A stretch of DNA of 57,304 nucleotides from IMG/VR virus record IMGVR_UViG_3300046001_004161, positions 1 through 57,304 of that record; one strand, written 5' to 3'. Position numbers and translations under genes: made by a program. The DNA is from a virus. Lineage: Duplodnaviria; Caudoviricetes. The notes under the pieces were generated by a model. It was given only the letters and a program-made list of their open reading frames with translations, made no database searches and was not told where the DNA came from. Positions 53,298 to 57,304 of this stretch are shown in pieces. Every line of letters starts with the position of its first letter. Position 1 is the first letter of the stretch.

Positions 53298-54091
53298 AAT
53301 ATTCTTCTTGGTTTTAATCCCTCTCAAGATTAGGTACCAAGGACCCGGAGCGTTTTTAGACGCCTAATTGAATTGTCTGAATTCCCAGGAACGTGTTCTC
53401 TGCCTTGATATTATCTCACCAGCACTTTCGGCGCGCTCTATGGCACCGCCCGCTACTATCTGATCCGCGTATCTCAGATACGCCTCCCGACGAGACCGAA
53501 ATACGTTTCCGACAAACCTTTGTATTTTTAAACAGACTGGCGGCAAGACCATATTCATATTGCCTTAAGGAATAGTCTGTTTAAAAATACAGTCCGCTAC
53601 GCCCTCTTCTTATTGTTAGCCACAGCGTTATGTTTCTATCAGTACAAGTTACGGACTCCTTGTACTGGCCGCGCTAGTGTACGGTCCATGCGCGACTACC
53701 GGACCATCCTTAAGTTCGATGCCACTTCATAATCTAACCTCCATTGCTGCTAGGGTTATGCTACGGGCGGAGTGGCCGGCGCCGTTATGGGGTCGCTGCC
53801 ACGCCTAAAGATTTGAAGCACTCTTTCGAATGCTAATATTTAAGAGCTCATCCTTTGGCTAGGTTTAACCCTCCGCTCTCATGTAATTACATGATGGCGG
53901 GACCAACTCTAAACTCTTAAATATCTCTGGATTTTTTTACTCACATAAGAGTAAGCCATCCCCAGATCCGCCCTTTCGAAGCATGTTTTGTCTGTGCGCT
54001 CCGAGGTCTACGTTACCTCATTTTAACACAGTCCTACAACTTTCTACATCTGCTTTATTTTTGCGTTCTCCTTATTGCTAAGTATGAACAC

Positions 54092-54213
54092 ATTATACAG
54101 CCTTTTTGCTACTTGTCAACCACTTTCTACATCTTTTTCTGCTGTACTTCGTGTTCTTCGTTACGTATTACTTACTACAGAACACATTATACAGCCTTTT
54201 GCGGAAAAGTCAA
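54092..54213 (-). promoter_or_regulatory. tandem sigma70 promoters facing the RNA array
   Basis: TTGACA-N16-TATAAT (54119-54092) and TTGACT-N16-TATAAT (54213-54186). Confidence 0.75.
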
Positions 54214-54662
54214 CTACTTTTTAAACTTTTTGTAACCTCTTGTTCTATAAAGCAAAAACCCCGGTCTTATTTCTAAGTCCCCGGGGTTTTGGAATCTTGC
54301 GTTGTTGCGTTGTTACATTTCCGCCCTCCCCGGGCATTGCTCTGTTTCACTTCTACGATCATTTTTACCTACTAGACTGTCTTGCCCAATGTTTGACCAT
54401 AAAGGTGACACGTCATAGGACATGGCCGATGTATGGAAACATATAGCAGTTGGTTGTCTTGTGATCATTTGCTTTGGTATTCTCTGTTAAATTTATTTAT
54501 GCTACAAATACAAGTGTACATTTATTTAGTCCACCTGTCAAGTGTTATTTTCTTTTTCTTACATTTATTTAGCCAAAAGTAAAAATATGGGTGATTTGCG
54601 CTTCAAAACGATCAATTCACTGTAAAGTATAAATACTACATTAGAAACGGAACCTTGTCAAC

Positions 54663-56075
54663 ATGCCATCTGCCCAAAAACCGACTCTTGCGTTAGTCAA
54701 AAAATATTTTAAATCAGTCATGGGAGAACCAACCCCGAGTGGAGCAGAAATTAACGCTCTGTTAAACCAATGGATGAATAATCCAGCTGCTTTTCTGAAG
54801 TCGCTAAATTCAATGAAGGCAGTTAGTAATGTTAAAAAGCTAGGACCTAAGAAACCTGCTGGTCCAAAAAAGCCAGCGACTGATCTTAAACCTGGACAGA
54901 CAGTAAAGCTTGGGTTGCCAGACGTTCCGTTATCAACTGCTGCGCAATCGTTTCTACCAAGTCCTGAAGCTAAAGCCAAGGCAGCAGAACTAAAGAAAAA
55001 GATTGCCGACTATGAAGCAGAGATAAAGCGATTAATAAACGCGCAAAATAAAGCAAGGGCAGCAAAGAGTAATGTTGAAGACGAGCAAGAAAGACTAGCT
55101 GGAATTGACGGGAAGACCTTAAAGTATTTCTCTTACATAGAAAAGCATTGTAGCCAGTTTCTTGCGGATGCTAGGTCAGTAAGGAAACTATTGTATCGTG
55201 GCCAAGAAGGTTCAAGCCAACCTATCTTTGTAGGTCGCCCGAGAGATGACCGAGAACCGAAAGACTCTAGCGCAGAAGCACAGAAGGTATTAGACGCGCA
55301 CTTAAAGTTATTAGGATTTAAAGCATTGCGAGGCAACAGCATATTCACTTCATCTGACTTTCACCAAGCCAGTGGATATGGTGACGTTTATGCTATTTTT
55401 CCTAAGAACGGGTTTAGCTTTACTTGGTCAACGAAACATGCTGACGTAGTATTACACCAGGCGTCAGATGTAGGTGGAGAAGATAGTAGCGACGTGTGGG
55501 AAGATCTCAACGACTACACCTACACTCCGGACAATCATTACTGGTTAGAAGATCACGAAGAGTTAGTCGAAACGGTAGCAGGATTTATGAACGTCGACTA
55601 TTATGATGACGACAACAAGGAAGGAATTAAAAAGGCAAAAGCAGCAGCAGCCGAAATGGAGAAACACCCAGCATTTAAATTACTTAAAAGTTCCGGGAAC
55701 AACTGGGATTATATTGATTCGTACGACTACACTATATCTGAGATGGAGAAAGTGTTCGTAAAGAACGCAACAGCACAGTTAGAATTTATAAAAGCCTATC
55801 CTAAGTTTTCCAAGTATATGGGTGACTGGCATGGTCAACTAGCTAAAAAGCTTGCTAGTGTCCAATCTGGCAAAAGCGACAAAAACAAAGAATTGAAAAC
55901 AGCACAGGGAGTTATCAAGAGCTGGGGATTCACAAAAGAGAATCTGCCTGCTGCGATGAAGTCAGGTTACGAAATTTGTATATTCGGTGAGTATATTGCT
56001 GTGGATGCTGGGGAATACAGAGCGGCGTTAGAAACGTTCTTTATACCGCCTAAGCCGAAGAAGAAGAAACCTTAG
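54663..56075 (+). CDS. late protein with possible ADP-ribosyltransferase-like domain
   Basis: TATAAATA upstream; LYRG...SIFTSS...YGDVYAIFPKNG...YEICI. Confidence 0.6.
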   Translation: MPSAQKPTLALVKKYFKSVMGEPTPSGAEINALLNQWMNNPAAFLKSLNSMKAVSNVKKLGPKKPAGPKKPATDLKPGQTVKLGLPDVPLSTAAQSFLPSPEAKAKAAELKKKIADYEAEIKRLINAQNKARAAKSNVEDEQERLAGIDGKTLKYFSYIEKHCSQFLADARSVRKLLYRGQEGSSQPIFVGRPRDDREPKDSSAEAQKVLDAHLKLLGFKALRGNSIFTSSDFHQASGYGDVYAIFPKNGFSFTWSTKHADVVLHQASDVGGEDSSDVWEDLNDYTYTPDNHYWLEDHEELVETVAGFMNVDYYDDDNKEGIKKAKAAAAEMEKHPAFKLLKSSGNNWDYIDSYDYTISEMEKVFVKNATAQLEFIKAYPKFSKYMGDWHGQLAKKLASVQSGKSDKNKELKTAQGVIKSWGFTKENLPAAMKSGYEICIFGEYIAVDAGEYRAALETFFIPPKPKKKKP

Positions 56076-56760
56076 CAATAATTTCTTGCGCCGTTGGCGT
56101 AAGTGGTTTCTTTAGGAACCTGTTTACCTTTTTGGAAGCAATAAGCAACGACTGTTGATACTCTGACGTTGTCTCTTCGTCTTCAGTAACTAAAGCGTCG
56201 TCCATAACGTTATTAGTGATGTACGAAAACTGGTTACTAAACATCAACGCATAAAACTCTGCGTTTTCTTTTGCGCTATCGTAAGCTTTTTCAAAGTAGT
56301 CAAAATCTACTTCTCTTTTATCGGCCGGATCAGTAGCATGTTTAGGTCGATCTTTAATTCGATGAAATGCTACATCGTAATTAACATCAACGAACAACAT
56401 AAATGTATCGTATCCTACTTGCTTTAGTTGTTTGTTTAACGACATTAACGGCTCGTAGTCTCTACCTGTCGTATTAATAAGTAATCCTAGCATTTCTTTC
56501 TGGAGTCCAGGAAGTCGCTTCATTGTGACGTCTAGTCCTCGCTTGTAGTCTGGATTAGCAAGGGGTTGATTCTTAGATAAGTAAGACAGAGTTTTGTCGA
56601 TGTCTAACAGTTTTAGTCCAGTAGCACTTAGACCTAAGTCTTGGATTACTCTGTTTTTACCTGCTCCTGGCGGGCCGGCCATAAAGATGGCCTTAAAAAT
56701 ATGGGGATCGTGTATCCCTTCATCTAAGGCCAGCTCAAATTCTTCTAGTAAATTCTTCAT
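56050..56760 (-). CDS. P-loop kinase (zeta-toxin/AAA_33-like)
   Basis: KAIFMAGPPGAGKN; MLFVDV. Confidence 0.75.
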   Translation of the reverse strand: MKNLLEEFELALDEGIHDPHIFKAIFMAGPPGAGKNRVIQDLGLSATGLKLLDIDKTLSYLSKNQPLANPDYKRGLDVTMKRLPGLQKEMLGLLINTTGRDYEPLMSLNKQLKQVGYDTFMLFVDVNYDVAFHRIKDRPKHATDPADKREVDFDYFEKAYDSAKENAEFYALMFSNQFSYITNNVMDDALVTEDEETTSEYQQSLLIASKKVNRFLKKPLTPTAQEIIAKVSSSSA

Positions 56761-57042
56761 TCAGTATTTATCTGAGTTGCCGTTCTTTAGTAGCTCAAAC
56801 GTTATTCTGTCTTTGTAAATGCGTAAATGGTCTTCGAGAGATCGTGTGCGGAAGCTTAGTTCGGACTCCGACACTTCAGGTTTTAACAACTCATGCATTA
56901 CATCTTCAGCAAGTTGTTGACAAGCTGATTTTTCTATCTCAATGTCAACTGCTGGCCCAAAGTCAGTCTTTTGACTGTAATGGATTCCTCTGTACGTTCT
57001 CCACTCTGACAGAAGCTCTCTTGCCTTATTTTCAGTGTTCAT
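56761..57042 (-). CDS. hypothetical protein
   Basis: ORF track. Confidence 0.6.
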   Translation of the reverse strand: MNTENKARELLSEWRTYRGIHYSQKTDFGPAVDIEIEKSACQQLAEDVMHELLKPEVSESELSFRTRSLEDHLRIYKDRITFELLKNGNSDKY

Positions 57043-57304
57043 TTCTTTGCCCTCATTTCGGGCTCTGGGGGTGCCTTCATCTTACGATTTACTGACCCCG
57101 GAGGTGCTATCTTAACACGCGGTGCTATGGCTGCTTTTACCTTTTCTTCTGTGTCTTGGTCAATGTCAGCCAACGATTGTTGCGGTGCTGCGTCTACTGT
57201 TTCTTCTTTATTGTTGTTAATCTTAAAAGTAAAGTTGCCTTTACATCCGCTACTGAAGTATGTCTTACTTGCTGAGAACTTTATGTCAGCATACGCAGTA
57301 GATC
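57039..57304 (-). CDS. 3' end of a CDS truncated by the window edge (...KMKAPPEPEMRAKK*)
   Basis: Stop overlaps the next ATG; only the last codons were read manually. Confidence 0.5.
   Translation of the reverse strand, partial: STAYADIKFSASKTYFSSGCKGNFTFKINNNKEETVDAAPQQSLADIDQDTEEKVKAAIAPRVKIAPPGSVNRKMKAPPEPEMRAKK

Noticed and set aside
40873-53575. Many ORF-track ORFs over the tRNA array (e.g. 47626-48150, 40873-41214, 52360-52695, 53097-53327)
   Set aside because: They run through tRNA or structured RNA sequence and lack SD or protein-like content.
54255-54470. Leader-peptide attenuator before the tRNA array
   Set aside because: A short ORF and a terminator-like hairpin exist, but there is no codon run or clear antiterminator, and separate promoters lie downstream.
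1-57304. Genome-wide UGA=Trp recoding
   Set aside because: TGA ends many genes with ATGA overlaps (e.g. 3609, 17702, 18882), and Trp is otherwise TGG; only the RF gene shows an internal TGA.
1-57304. CRISPR array or rRNA
   Set aside because: No regularly spaced direct repeats or rRNA-like sequence; the recurring GGTTCGA motifs are tRNA T-loops.

Overview
Fragment of a large (jumbo/T4-like-superfamily) tailed phage genome, almost all on the - strand. The host is probably a beta- or gammaproteobacterium, inferred from the IscU/IscA/ErpA and Bug/TctC homologs. 1-39 kb: replication remnants (mini DnaE-like domain, clamp-loader-like, UvsW-like helicase), homing endonucleases, PNK/phosphatase, NAD salvage (NadV + NadM-Nudix), an EAL phosphodiesterase, radical SAM and Fe-S assembly genes, an RNAP omega homolog, TctA/TctC, and a permuted (two-piece) tmRNA. 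This part also holds an RF1-like release factor interrupted by an in-frame UGA followed by a hairpin. 39.5-53.3 kb: about 55 tRNA genes covering all 20 amino acids, interspersed with tRNA-like and other structured RNAs. Main observations: (1) five endonucleases of four families sit in the tRNA array; four ORFs end inside the downstream tRNA, and three split an older tRNA at its anticodon loop while supplying a replacement; (2) a repeated 'UAG-stem + CAGCA' RNA module is fused to tRNA parts in normal and circularly permuted form (YrlA-like topology); (3) the UGA-gated release factor; (4) a tRNA-Asn has a 32-nt hairpin insertion at the anticodon; (5) a 62-nt structured leader is shared by two unrelated endonucleases. 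All calls are by eye; no database searches or folding programs were run.
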